64,000 nucleotides of DNA from Candidatus Latescibacterota bacterium (GCA_963707635.1 OY970173.1:2816001-2880000); one strand, 5' to 3'; shown: positions 9,249 through 19,842, numbered from the stretch's first letter. Numbers and translations: made by a program. The notes: a model not told the origin generated them from the letters alone.

Positions 9249-10733
9249 TTAGTGCTGCGTGGGCAGATCTGAGGAATGTAGCAGCTCCACAACCAGCCGC
9301 TGCTCCTCGTTGCCTCCCTCGTCGTGCCACCGAACGCGCGTGATCTGGATGGACCGGTTCGTGATCCACAGCGGATCGGACACGGCCCATTCGGAGCCAT
9401 CGAGTAGGCACCACGAATCACCCGTCGCGGCGTCCGCAATCCACAGGTCGGCCGCAATGGTGTCGCCCACGTGGTGCAGCCGTGTCGGACGCGAGAATGC
9501 AATCCACCGCCCATCCCGGCTCCAGGAGAATTCATGCGACGCGCCCACCTTCAGACTGTCGATAACCGTTACTCGGGCATCGGGAACGGTGACAGTGTAG
9601 AGAAGGGCTCCGCTCCACTTGCGGGAGATGCCGCTTACTGCGATGGTGCGTGAGTCCGGCGACCACTTCGATTCAGTCCCGTCGGTGAGGTCGCCTTCCA
9701 TGACGATCTTGGACGCCGTCACGTCGACCACCGTCAATTGATAGGGATTCAGATGCGATTTCCAGACCACGCAGCTAAGGCAGCGGCCGTCCGGCGACCA
9801 TTGAGGCAAGGACGCCGGCGTCTCTAGCAAACGGCGCGATTCTCCAGTCGCGACATCGACGATCTCCACGTAACCCCTGCGCGAAACAATCACGACGCGT
9901 GCAACCAGAGAGTCCGGCCCAGGCACGTAGTTTCGGTCCGACGACGACCGGAGATAATCCGTTTTTGTTTCGAAGGGGACGTCGTCAGCCCACGGCTCTC
10001 GCAAAGCCACGACTTTCCACGGATTCACGGACGCGTGATTGCGGACTGCGCTGCACTTGACGGCAGTCAGGAGCAGACTTTCGTCGCCCGGCGCAAACTC
10101 TCCAACGGCGACATCGTCCAATCCGAAGCTCGCCCCGTTCTTCCCCACGACGCGGAAGCCAAACTGAACCTTCTTGCCGGCCCACGCCGACAGATCGACA
10201 AAACGTTCGCGGTAGATGAATGGATCCGCCGGTGACTCATTGCCAGTGATCGACCAGAGAGACGTCCAGCCTGTCGTACCCGCTTCACGAATGTTGAGCG
10301 ATCCATCGAGCACACTCGACCACTGCGTATTCCCGGACCAGGAAAACTTGATTGCCTTGTCGGTCGCTCCGAGCGCCACCACCGGCGTGATCAGCCACTC
10401 GTCGATAGCTCTCGGTGACTCGCTTCCGACATACGCCGCCGCGCTCCCGGTTCCAATGTTGTCGGGATCGGTGGTTCGGTGCCAGGCGTGCGGCAGAGGC
10501 AGGCCTGCGCTCTTCGTGCTCCAGCCCGGCGGCGGAAAGGTTGCGCCCTCGAATCCCTCCGCCAGTGTGGCTGGCGGTACACGTCCCGCCGGTACCGCCG
10601 ACTGGGATCGTTGGGAAGCAGCCAACGGCGTGCATTCTGGTACTCCGTGGGCGTTGCCGACGATGAACGTGGGAACGCTGAGGAGAAGCCCGGCAATAAA
10701 CGCCTTCATAAGGAGTGTCATGGGTCGCTTCAT
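9249..10733 (-). CDS. Secreted protein: cleaved-adhesin/MAM-like domain plus TolB-like beta-propeller
   Basis: Signal peptide; EGFEGATFPPPGW..DEWLITP..LDDVAV; WSPDG/WSPDS/WSRDG repeats. Start uncertain (ORF open to 10784). Confidence 0.7.
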   Translation of the reverse strand: MKRPMTLLMKAFIAGLLLSVPTFIVGNAHGVPECTPLAASQRSQSAVPAGRVPPATLAEGFEGATFPPPGWSTKSAGLPLPHAWHRTTDPDNIGTGSAAAYVGSESPRAIDEWLITPVVALGATDKAIKFSWSGNTQWSSVLDGSLNIREAGTTGWTSLWSITGNESPADPFIYRERFVDLSAWAGKKVQFGFRVVGKNGASFGLDDVAVGEFAPGDESLLLTAVKCSAVRNHASVNPWKVVALREPWADDVPFETKTDYLRSSSDRNYVPGPDSLVARVVIVSRRGYVEIVDVATGESRRLLETPASLPQWSPDGRCLSCVVWKSHLNPYQLTVVDVTASKIVMEGDLTDGTESKWSPDSRTIAVSGISRKWSGALLYTVTVPDARVTVIDSLKVGASHEFSWSRDGRWIAFSRPTRLHHVGDTIAADLWIADAATGDSWCLLDGSEWAVSDPLWITNRSIQITRVRWHDEGGNEEQRLVVELLHSSDLPTQH

Positions 10734-11033
10734 TGGATCATCGTGCGAGTGCGACAGGTCGCTGCATAACCTTCGCCATTTCACGACCAGAAGGGACCGC
10801 TGAAAGGTGCTGCAGAGGTGCGTTCAATGCAGAGTGTCCGCGGAGTAGTTAGCTAACGCGGCGATGCCACCCAAGCGACGACTAGATACGAAGCGGCGGG
10901 AACTGCGGAAACGCGGATTTCGTCATGGAAACGGCGAGCGGCATAAGTTGTTCACGCTTCAGCGGTTGGTTACAATGGCACGCAAGTCGCGCTTCGCGCG
11001 AGCACTCATAACTCTATACGAATACACAAGAAA

Positions 11034-11208
11034 TGGTGGAGGCGGCGGGAATCGAACCCTGTTGCGAACGAAACATTAACCTGATGATGGCGTGCGATTT
11101 CGGTTGTTGTGAGTTGAGAGATCGCAGGTTAGTTGACCGCCGCTTGTCCACTTCAGTCCTCTTGAGTCTACCGGACTCAACCCACGTCATGGAGACATTT
11201 TGGAGACG
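11034..11208 (-). mobile_element. att-like module copy 2 (displaced tmRNA 3' end plus arm)
   Basis: 11034-11059 is a perfect 26-nt copy of the ssrA 3' end (14533-14558). Ends in a 29-bp block identical to 9197-9225. Confidence 0.8.
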
Positions 11209-11402
11209 GGTTTGACCTTCGCCCTTGTGCGGAGTTACTTTTATGGTGAATTGCCAGTCGGTTCTCGCCCGTCTCCGGGCAAAGATGTGGGCTTGAAAGT
11301 GTCCACCGTTCGGATTACGCTGCCTGCATTCCGGCCCGGTGATTTCATTCCGGAGACCTCCTTTCTTGCGGTTAACTCCAGGCGGCCATCGGCCCAAGGA
11401 GC

Positions 11403-14324
11403 GTGACGCGCTTGCCAACTCCGCGCGATTTCATCCTGCACCGCAGTTTCTTCGCCATGCTCGTACTGGCGGTCCCGCTCTTCCCGGCGCTGCTCTCCGC
11501 GGCAGAGAACGCGACCTCGACGGCCGTTCCTGCTCCGGCCGCGCCCGTGCGCCATGCGCCGTCGATTGATCGCAACGCCATCCAGGCCGCCGTTCAGGAA
11601 TTCCAGTCTTCCCAGTCACCCCGCTGGACGGTGTCGTGGGACCCGGTGAGCGGTCTCCCTCGAATGCTGACTGGCCAGACCACGCGCTCCTACGGGGCCA
11701 CATCGGAAGCCGCCGCGCTGGCATTCGCTGGCGAGCATCGGATGCTTCTGGGCTTGATCGATGAGAAACACTCGGTGCGCCTGGTTGGAACGAAACTCAT
11801 GCGCACCCAATGGCGCGTAACGCTGCAACAACAATTCGCCGGGATCGACGTCCTCGATGGGACGATTCAGGTGGTCGTGGACGGGAAAGGCCGCGTCCTA
11901 TATGTGACAAACTCGGCGTGGCCGGTTTCCGCCGTCGATTTCTCGATCGATGTCGGTGAGAGCGCCGTACGCTCCTCGATCGCCCGGCGGTTCAGTGGCG
12001 AAGACGTCACCTACAATGACGGACCCCGCCGCGTGATCTACCCATCCGGGAATGGGCGGCTCGCGTATGTGGCGTACGTGCTCGCCGGCCCGCAGGGGCC
12101 GTGGCGCGTCCTCGTCGATGCGCGGACGGGCGGCATCCTGGAAGCGCGGCGGTTGGTGGTCGAGGAGAAGCAGGCCCCATCGCAGGATGCCGCGACGCAG
12201 CAGAATCCGTCGCGCCCCGCGGACGTCGCCGACGTCAATGATCCGTGTGCCCGCGAGTGGAACGAGATGGGGGGAGCCGCGGTGATCGAGGTCCCGGATC
12301 CTGCAGACCCGTACTATGTCGACGTAAAGGTTGGCGTGCCCGGTCTCGGCGAGTTTCAACCGCAGGGGATCGGGACGTCCGCTGCGGGGATCAAACTCTT
12401 TCCGTGCATTTATTACACAATCCAGGTCGACTACAACGTGCACACCTGGGGTGGCTGGAATACTCCCAACGGCTTCCGTGATGTCTTCTTCGTCAACGTC
12501 AACAACATGAACTGGTACTGGAATCTCGGGCTCATTCCGCAGGCGCAGCTGTTCTGTACGACCGCCTACAACGACATGGGACTGATTCTCCCCGGCAAGG
12601 CCTGGGTCGCCGGCGGGAATCGATGCGGCGACGGCCTCTTGTGCGATCTGGTGGGATCGTTCCAGTTCGACATCATCGAACCGAACAACACCAAAGAGCT
12701 CTATCTCTCGGTTGGGATGCAGCGGGTCTCAGTTTCGTGTCCGTCATGGGGGACCATCCGGGTCAAGATCATCGCGAAGTCCCGTGTCTTCGACCCCAAC
12801 CCGGTGACCACGCTGAACCAGCCCTTCACGGACCAGGATGACGCCAACGAAGCCGTTCCCTGCGACGCGTACATCGGCGTCGACCTTCCGAATCTTACCC
12901 CGCCGCCGCCCGGGCAACCCTGGACTCTCACGGGCGACTATTGCGAGATCGTGGACATCACGGCCCCTGCCAAAACGTACACCTCGGCGCGCGACCCGAA
13001 TTTCCCCTATCTGCGCCGGTGCGACATGTTCGAAGCGGTGAATGCCTACTACCACATCACGACCAACCAGCTCTACATCCAGTCTCTCGGTTTTACCGGC
13101 CTTTCCGGCATCAACAACCGCGCGCATCGCGTGGACCCGCATGGGATGGATCACGTGGACAACTCGCAATACGTCGGTAATCCCCCGGGACTTGGCTACA
13201 TCGAGTTCGGCGAGGCCTTTGTCGACGACGCCGAAGACGCCGACGTGATCCTCCACGAGTACGGCCACTCGATTCAGGACAACCAGACATTCGGCTATTA
13301 CCTCGGGACTGGCGCAGGCAACGGCTTCGGCAACGAGACGTGGGCGATGGGCGAGGGGTTCGCCGACTACTGGGCGTGCAGCAACTTTGCCGACGAGAGT
13401 ACCGCGAGCGGCTTCGACCCCGCCGCGTACGGCGAGTGGAACAAACAGAACATGACCGGGACCCGCAGGGTCGACAAGAACAAGATCTATCCGACGAATA
13501 TGGAAAGCGAAGAACACGCCGACGGAGAGATCTGGTCGCGCACGCTGTGGGACCTCTTTCAGGCAGTCGGGAAGACGACCTCTGACGTGCTCATACTGGA
13601 GAGTCACTATCTCGTTCCTTCACGTCCATTGTTCAGCGACGGCGCCAAGGCGTTGATTGCAGCGGACGCAGTTGCCAACGCGGGCGCCAACAAGAATACG
13701 ATTGTCGCCATCTACGTCGATCGCGGCATCTTCCGTAGTCTCGCCGTTGCATCGTCGCCCATCAACGGCGTGCCGATCACCGTGTCGAGGCAGGACGTAC
13801 GTGGCGATCAAAGTGATGCCACCGACTTCAACCGGACGTATGCGTGGGGGGACTCGGTATCGCTCGACGCACCGCCCTCGTTTGGCGACCGTACTTTCAC
13901 GCGCTGGGATGTGGACGGCGTCGCGGGTGCGAACGGCGACTTGACCGCCGTCGTGCGCATGGACGAATCGCCACCATTTCACTCGGCCATCGCTTACTAC
14001 GATACTCTCCCTGGCGACCCCGGCACGCCCGTCCGTGACATCCCGAAAGCCCTGGCGCTGCTTCAGAATCACCCGAACCCGTTCAACCCGACGACGACGA
14101 TCACGTTCACGTTGCCGAGGGAGATGGAGATCGAGCTTTCGGTGTTCGACGTGGCGGGCCGGCGGGTGGCCACACTCCGGAGCGGACGCGAACGGGCAGG
14201 CGTCTATGCCGTGGTGTGGGATGGACGGAGCGCGGCCGGTGAGACGGTGAGCTCGGGCGTGTACATCTACCGGTTGCGAGCGGGCCAAACGGTTCTGACG
14301 AGGAAGATGACACTACTCAAGTAG
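11403..14324 (+). CDS. Secreted M36 (fungalysin)-like metallopeptidase with propeptide and C-terminal FlgD-Ig-like domain
   Basis: Signal peptide, FTP/PepSY-like prodomain (WRVLVDARTG), HEYGH, MGEGFADY, EHADGEIW, NHPNPFNP...RKMTLLK. Confidence 0.85.
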   Translation: MTRLPTPRDFILHRSFFAMLVLAVPLFPALLSAAENATSTAVPAPAAPVRHAPSIDRNAIQAAVQEFQSSQSPRWTVSWDPVSGLPRMLTGQTTRSYGATSEAAALAFAGEHRMLLGLIDEKHSVRLVGTKLMRTQWRVTLQQQFAGIDVLDGTIQVVVDGKGRVLYVTNSAWPVSAVDFSIDVGESAVRSSIARRFSGEDVTYNDGPRRVIYPSGNGRLAYVAYVLAGPQGPWRVLVDARTGGILEARRLVVEEKQAPSQDAATQQNPSRPADVADVNDPCAREWNEMGGAAVIEVPDPADPYYVDVKVGVPGLGEFQPQGIGTSAAGIKLFPCIYYTIQVDYNVHTWGGWNTPNGFRDVFFVNVNNMNWYWNLGLIPQAQLFCTTAYNDMGLILPGKAWVAGGNRCGDGLLCDLVGSFQFDIIEPNNTKELYLSVGMQRVSVSCPSWGTIRVKIIAKSRVFDPNPVTTLNQPFTDQDDANEAVPCDAYIGVDLPNLTPPPPGQPWTLTGDYCEIVDITAPAKTYTSARDPNFPYLRRCDMFEAVNAYYHITTNQLYIQSLGFTGLSGINNRAHRVDPHGMDHVDNSQYVGNPPGLGYIEFGEAFVDDAEDADVILHEYGHSIQDNQTFGYYLGTGAGNGFGNETWAMGEGFADYWACSNFADESTASGFDPAAYGEWNKQNMTGTRRVDKNKIYPTNMESEEHADGEIWSRTLWDLFQAVGKTTSDVLILESHYLVPSRPLFSDGAKALIAADAVANAGANKNTIVAIYVDRGIFRSLAVASSPINGVPITVSRQDVRGDQSDATDFNRTYAWGDSVSLDAPPSFGDRTFTRWDVDGVAGANGDLTAVVRMDESPPFHSAIAYYDTLPGDPGTPVRDIPKALALLQNHPNPFNPTTTITFTLPREMEIELSVFDVAGRRVATLRSGRERAGVYAVVWDGRSAAGETVSSGVYIYRLRAGQTVLTRKMTLLK

Positions 14325-14348
14325 TCCGCGTCTGATCGAAGCGGCGCA

Positions 14349-14532
14349 CAGAGCCAACGCATGGTCCTCGTTCGACGAGAACAGGGTTTGGCGGAGGCAG
14401 CGGCTGGCGCGGAACGCGCTGCTCAAAGCCCACCTCAGGTTTGTGTCTTACACAAACAGAGGTTGGTGGAGGCGGCGGCGAGCGAAGCGAAGCTCAGAGC
14501 CGACCGGAGGCTTACTGTTAGTAAGCATGGGT
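14349..14532 (-). repeat. Tandem tmRNA-3'-end-linked repeats (about 70-75 bp period)
   Basis: TGG(T/C)GGAGGC(G/A)GCGGC at 14389 and 14464 precede the true ssrA end at 14533; each pair is separated by a distinct hairpin. Confidence 0.85.
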
Positions 14533-14904
14533 TGGTGGAGGCGGCGGGAATCGAACCCGCGTCCGAAGAAGCAGCCGCAACGGTTACTACGTGTGTAGTC
14601 CGTGGTGATTTCTCATCTCCGTACCCACCGCGGACGAAAGTGTAACGGAGACCAGCCCGGTAGTTTCTCGCGCCTCAGCCCCAGACATAGCCTCGGCGCC
14701 AGCCCCCAGAGTATGACGCCCACTCACCGGCCCTGGAGACCCAGCCGGTGGGGACGGGAGCCTAAGCTAGCTTAGCTAGTTAGGCAGCCAGTGCGACGTT
14801 GTTGTCAGCACTTGAATTGGTGCCACCTGGTTTTACGAGGCTTGTGACCTGGCTCGACACGCAACCGGTACGCCCATCTTCCCCGTCGAGACCTGTTCGC
14901 CCCC
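14533..14904 (-). ncRNA. ssrA: tmRNA
   Basis: 5' GGGGGCG pairs with 3' CGCCTCC-A-CCA including G3:U70; T-arm GGTTCGATTCC; tag reading frame ADNNVALAA* at 14809-14780. Confidence 0.97.
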
Positions 14905-15001
14905 ATCGTGGAATAGACGCGGTTACCCCCAAATGATAGCAAGAAGTTCGCCGCGGGACAAACACCTTGAGCACCCGCCACGCCGTCGCGTCTCGGAACA
15001 T

Positions 15002-15829
15002 CTAGTCGCGATAGAGTGCCTTGACCCCTCCCCACGAACGCGGCTCGGTGGAAATAGGACCGAAGCCACACGCCGGCATCAGGCCCTGGGATGCGTACGG
15101 CCCCTGCTGCACCCACGGTGCGATAGAGTAAGATGGGGTAAGGCCAGGAAAGAAGTTCGTCGTGCACCCGGGAATATCGCAGAACTGGGGACCGGAATCG
15201 TACACCCAAGGGGCAGAGCCTGCGGGCACCAGTTGAATTGGTGGGAGCCCTTCTACGCCCGTGTCGAGAGTCTTCACCGTTGAGGGAGTGGTGACGTTGG
15301 TGAAGGTGAACCGCGGCTGGACGAAGAAAACGGAATCGAACGTGCCACCGTTCGCATGTGTCTTTCGGATGGTCATGTTTCCAGGCGGTGGCGCGATGCT
15401 CGAAAGATCGACCTCGAGCCACCATGGGTCCGGAAACTGCCCCCCGTTGTAGGTGACCGTAATCGGCTGCACGCTGACCAGGTGCAGCGCGACGATCTCG
15501 ATCGGAACCACGTCCTGGCTACCGATCAAGGGTAGTTGAGCGTTGTCGAGCCGCCGGACAATCGTGTCCGTGCTCCCGAGGTTCCCGGCTCCACAAACGG
15601 GATGGGTCACCAGCGGAACGCCCTTGAGCTGCACATGCCCGGTGAAGGGGTCTGATCCCGGGCCGAAGAAGCCCACGGGGATCGTGTACGGTCCAATGAA
15701 ATTCTGATACGTCGGGGGGGAATCGGTCGCCAGGAAATCATTCCCAGCAATGACGTCCTGGGCCAGAGTCGGCACGGGGACCGCGACGAGTCCGAGAGCG
15801 ACCAGCATTCGCAAGGTACGCATATCCAT
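15002..15829 (-). CDS. Secreted hypothetical protein with C-terminal SWGGVKALY tail
   Basis: Signal peptide MRTLRMLVALGLVAVPVPTLA; beta-rich body; ends STEPRSWGGVKALYRD. Start approximate. Confidence 0.75.
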   Translation of the reverse strand: MDMRTLRMLVALGLVAVPVPTLAQDVIAGNDFLATDSPPTYQNFIGPYTIPVGFFGPGSDPFTGHVQLKGVPLVTHPVCGAGNLGSTDTIVRRLDNAQLPLIGSQDVVPIEIVALHLVSVQPITVTYNGGQFPDPWWLEVDLSSIAPPPGNMTIRKTHANGGTFDSVFFVQPRFTFTNVTTPSTVKTLDTGVEGLPPIQLVPAGSAPWVYDSGPQFCDIPGCTTNFFPGLTPSYSIAPWVQQGPYASQGLMPACGFGPISTEPRSWGGVKALYRD

Positions 15830-15957
15830 CACCTTCGATTTGGAGAAGACACGTGAGCGTGCGACTGACACCCCGTGGACTCAGGGGTGTCGAGAGGGTA
15901 TTCCACAGTCTTGCAACCGTCAAGTCAATGGTGACGAGGGCCGCAAAGAGGCGCGGA

Positions 15958-18347
15958 CTACTTCAGCAATAGCATCTTACGTGCGAGCGTCGCTCCGCTC
16001 GCGTTGAGACGGTAAAAGTAGATCCCGCTTCCCACGCGCCGGCCTTCATTATCGACACCGTCCCATTCCGCGACATAGGTCCCGGCACGGCGATGCGTGT
16101 CGAGTAGCGAACGGACGAGGGCGCCTCGCGCGTCGTAAATACGCAGCGAGACCGGGCCGTCGCGTTCCACGCCGTAAGAAATCCTGGTGGTGGGATTGAA
16201 CGGATTGGGGACGTTCTGATCCAGGTGGGTGCGAGCCGGCGTTGTGCCGGCGCCCGTCACCGCGCCCGGCGTGAGCAGCCGCAAAGGCGCTCTCGTTGTC
16301 GTGCAAATCGAACGCGCTGACCTTGTAGTAGTAGCCGCTCGAGGGTGTCCACGCGGGATCGAGGAACGACTCCGACGCCGGCGTTGCGATGCGATTACCC
16401 GCATCCGGGACAAAGCCCGCCGTGCTTCCCCGATACACGCCGTAATTCGCGAGATCGTGCTCGTCGTTTGGCTGCCACGACATCGAGAGTCCGGCAGGAG
16501 AATGTGATTGTGCACCCGCGAGATTCTGAGGCGCGGCCGGGGCAAGGTTATCGACCGAGTATCCGCTGTCTGGCGCGCTGTCGTAATACACCGACGGCGT
16601 CGTGGTCTGCGCCATTACGAAGTACACGTTGTACGGAGTGACCGCAACCGTCTGGTCAGCCTGCGTAGGTGCGAGCACGATGTAGTCGCTCGACTGCTGC
16701 CGCGCGGGAGCGCTCGCGACCGATTCCCACAACGCTGCTGTGGACACCGCATCCAGCGAGGGCTCGCGCCAGATCCGGTGACCTTCCCATTCGATAGCGC
16801 TCGACTTCCCTACCACGCCCTCGCTTTGGATCTGCGCAACGAGAGCTGCATTATCGATGCGCCGAAACACGTAGTACGTGAGCACACCCGGCGAAGCACT
16901 CGCGATGTCCTCTCCCGATCCCTGGAAGTAGACACGCACCCAGCCACCCTGATCTCCGGGCACATCGACGATGTTGTGAATCTCCGGCTTCTGGCGGCTG
17001 AATCGGGCGATGAAGATATCCTGGCCCGATGCTGTGAGATTGCTTCCCCCAAAATTGGTCGTACCGTTGACGTAGCCGGTCATGACGACATTGTTCGCCG
17101 GGTCGGTGACGACCCGGTTGGCATGCTGATCAGACGCGTCACCGTACGTCGCGTTGAACAGAAGATTCCCGTCGTTGTCGAATCGAACGAGAAAAATGTC
17201 GGTGCCACCGGCACTGGTGAGGGCTCCGGTTCCAAAATCCACGCTGCCCGCGTAGTAACCCGACCACGCCACCGCACCGCCGGCATCCACCGCGGGCCCA
17301 TTGGCGTTTTGCGCGCCGGCATCCCCGAAGCGTCTTGCTCCAGACATGATTGCCCGCGGCATCCAGCCTGGCGATGCAGATGTCGTTGCCACCTGCCGAC
17401 GTCAGCCCGCCGCCGCCGAAATCCACCGTCCCCTGGAATGTTCCCGTGACGAAGACGTTACCCGCCGGATCGAATCCGATTCCATTTCCGATCTGGCTGC
17501 TGGCATCCCCGAAGCGCTTGCTCCACACGTGCACGCCCGCGCTCGTGAACCGCGCAACAAAGATGTCGTTGCTTCCTCCGCTGGTAATGGTGCCACCACC
17601 GAAGTCGGCGCTGCCCGCCATGTTCCCCGCAATTCCAACGTCTCCGTCCGCACTAACTGCCACCCCGATCCCATTCTGGCCCCCAGTCGCTCCGAAGCGT
17701 TTGCTCCACAGATGATTTCCGGCGGGATCGAACTTCACCAGGAATATGTCGGCGCCGCCCCCGCTCGTGAGCGGCCCCCCACCGAAGTCCACGGTTCCAT
17801 TCATCAATCCGGTCATGTAGATGTTGCCGCTGCCGTCGGTGGCGATGCCGTTTGGAATCTGGTCGGTCGCGTCGCCAAATTGCTTGCTCCACTGATGCGC
17901 GCCGGCGGAGTTGAATTTACCGACAAAAATGTCGGTCAAGCCGGCGGAACTGAGGGTCGAACCTCCCAGGTTCACGGATCCTGACACTTGCCCGGCCAGA
18001 ACGACGTTGCCGGAAGGGTCACAGGCCAGTGCGGTGCCGTATTCGGACATTGTCGTGCTTTGGAAAAAGCCCACGCTGTAGAGATGGGTCCCGCCAGCGT
18101 TGAATTTGGCGAGATACGGTGCATCGTCCGTGCTTCCGACCGTGAAGTCCCCCCCGCCAAAATTGACCGTCCCCCGAAACATGCCCGTGATCCATACGTT
18201 GCCGCTCGGATCCACGGCAATTCCGCGGCCGTCCTGTGTGTTGACATCGCCAAAGATCTTGCTCCAGCTATGCTGGAGAGCCGGGGCAGCCTCGAGACGG
18301 ACGGAATTGAGGAGAAGAAGCGAGAGGACGACGGGACGGATTCGCAT
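15958..18347 (-). CDS. SBBP-like beta-propeller repeat protein with FN3-like stalk and FlgD-Ig-like domain (two apparent frameshifts)
   Basis: Repeats GTVDFGGG.LTSAG..DIF..KF...G.H.WSKRFG. Continuous protein split over three ORFs at about 17335 and 16280; ends QNVPNPFNP..RKMLLLK. Confidence 0.8.
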
Positions 18348-18600
18348 GGGAGGCGCCCTTTCTGCACAGGTGGTCTTGTGCAATACGGGCGCCTCAAAGA
18401 GTCGCCAACGACGCCCGAGAGGGATTAACTATATCACAGATACGCGCAGGTTGGCACTGCAGCTGCGGGCACCGTCAAGTCAATGGTGAAGAAGAAAGGC
18501 CACCGCCGGGCAGCCAGCCGGGCCCGCCGGTGGTGTGATAGAATGCGCACGCCAGCGCATGCCGCATTCCCACGACAGGTGATCCCAAAGGCCGTGACCC

Positions 18601-19743
18601 ATGACACACTCCCCCGACGCGAGCCGTTCTCTTCCCGTTCTCCGAGCTTTGATCGACGCGGTGGACCACGAGGTCCTCGAACTTCTATCGCGGCGCAACG
18701 GACTGGTGGCCGAAATCGCCAGCTACAAGCGCCACCACCAGGTGGCCATCCGCGACCCGCGCCGCGAGAGCGAGATCATCGCCGACCGGCGCGCTCGATC
18801 TACGCCGCTGGGCCTCCAGCCCGACGTCGTCGAAAGCATCTACCGATTGATCCTGTGGGCGAGCCGCGACCGGCAGGCGTCGCTGCGCGCGCAGGTCCCG
18901 CTCGACGTGGAGACAAAGACCGTCGCGGTGATCGGCGGCCACGGGGCGATGGGGTCGTGCATGGCCGATCTCTTCGCCGACCTGGGCCACGCGGTCATGA
19001 TCGCCGACCTCGACACCGACCTCTCCCCCGAGGAAGCAGCCCGGGAAGCGGACGTGGTCGTGATCAGCGTCCCGATCGACGTCACGGCGGAGGTGATCCG
19101 GCGCCTCGGCCCGCTGGTCCGCAAGGACGCGCTCTTGATGGACGTCACGTCGGTGAAGACGACGCCGGTTCGCGCCATGCTCGAGGCGTCCAGGGCGGCG
19201 GTGGTCGGCACGCACCCCCTCTTCGGCCCGTCGGTGCATTCGCTCCAGGGGCAGCGCGTGGCACTCGTTCCCGGCCGCGGGGACGACTGGCTCGCATGGC
19301 TGCGGACGATGCTCGAGGCGAGGGGACTCAATGTGGTCGATACCACCGCGGAGGCGCACGACCGCGCCATGGCGGTGGTGCAGGTGCTGACCCATTTCAC
19401 GACCGAGGTCATGGGCAGTACGCTGGCCGGTCTCGGCGTGCCGCTCGAGGAGACGTTGCGTTTCACCTCGCCGGTGTACCTGATGGAGCTGCTCATGACG
19501 GCCCGGCACTTCGCGCAGTCGCCTGACCTCTACGCATCCATCCAGATGTCCAACCCGGAGTCGGGCCGCATTGCCGATGCGTTCCTCGAGACGGCGCAGC
19601 GGCTGCGCGAGAACGTAGCCCGCCGCGACCACGCCGCCTTCGAGACGGTGTTCCGCGAGGTGCACGACTATTTCGGAGACTTCACGGAACGGGCGCTCGC
19701 CCAGTCCTCGTTCCTGATCGACCGCCTGGTCGAACGGACGTGA
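18601..19743 (+). CDS. tyrA: Bifunctional chorismate mutase/prephenate dehydrogenase
   Basis: N-terminal CM domain (LRALIDAVD..LL..R, DPRRE), VIGGHGAMG, DVTSVK, GTHPLFGP, HDRAMAVVQVLTHF. Confidence 0.93.
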   Translation: MTHSPDASRSLPVLRALIDAVDHEVLELLSRRNGLVAEIASYKRHHQVAIRDPRRESEIIADRRARSTPLGLQPDVVESIYRLILWASRDRQASLRAQVPLDVETKTVAVIGGHGAMGSCMADLFADLGHAVMIADLDTDLSPEEAAREADVVVISVPIDVTAEVIRRLGPLVRKDALLMDVTSVKTTPVRAMLEASRAAVVGTHPLFGPSVHSLQGQRVALVPGRGDDWLAWLRTMLEARGLNVVDTTAEAHDRAMAVVQVLTHFTTEVMGSTLAGLGVPLEETLRFTSPVYLMELLMTARHFAQSPDLYASIQMSNPESGRIADAFLETAQRLRENVARRDHAAFETVFREVHDYFGDFTERALAQSSFLIDRLVERT

Positions 19744-19842
19744 GCACCTCCCAAAAAACTCGTGACGGATCCTGCCCCGGCACGTCTAACCGGGAAACGG
19801 GCTCCATGCCCGAAAGCCAGCCACCGAACCGGAGGGCCTCCC

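Noticed and set aside
8966..9343. Small ORFs over the att-like modules (also 11033-11215 and 14361-14645) as a peptide family
   Set aside because: Similarity comes from the DNA repeat; MVEAAGIEP is just the antisense translation of the tmRNA end.
14349..14558. Repeat-spacer pattern as a CRISPR array
   Set aside because: Repeat derives from the tmRNA 3' end, there are only 2-3 units, spacers are related hairpins and no cas genes are present.
19748..19842. Riboswitch upstream of the LamG gene
   Set aside because: No match to aptamer consensus sequences I know; at most an ECF-like promoter (TGAC...CGTCTAA), too weak to call.
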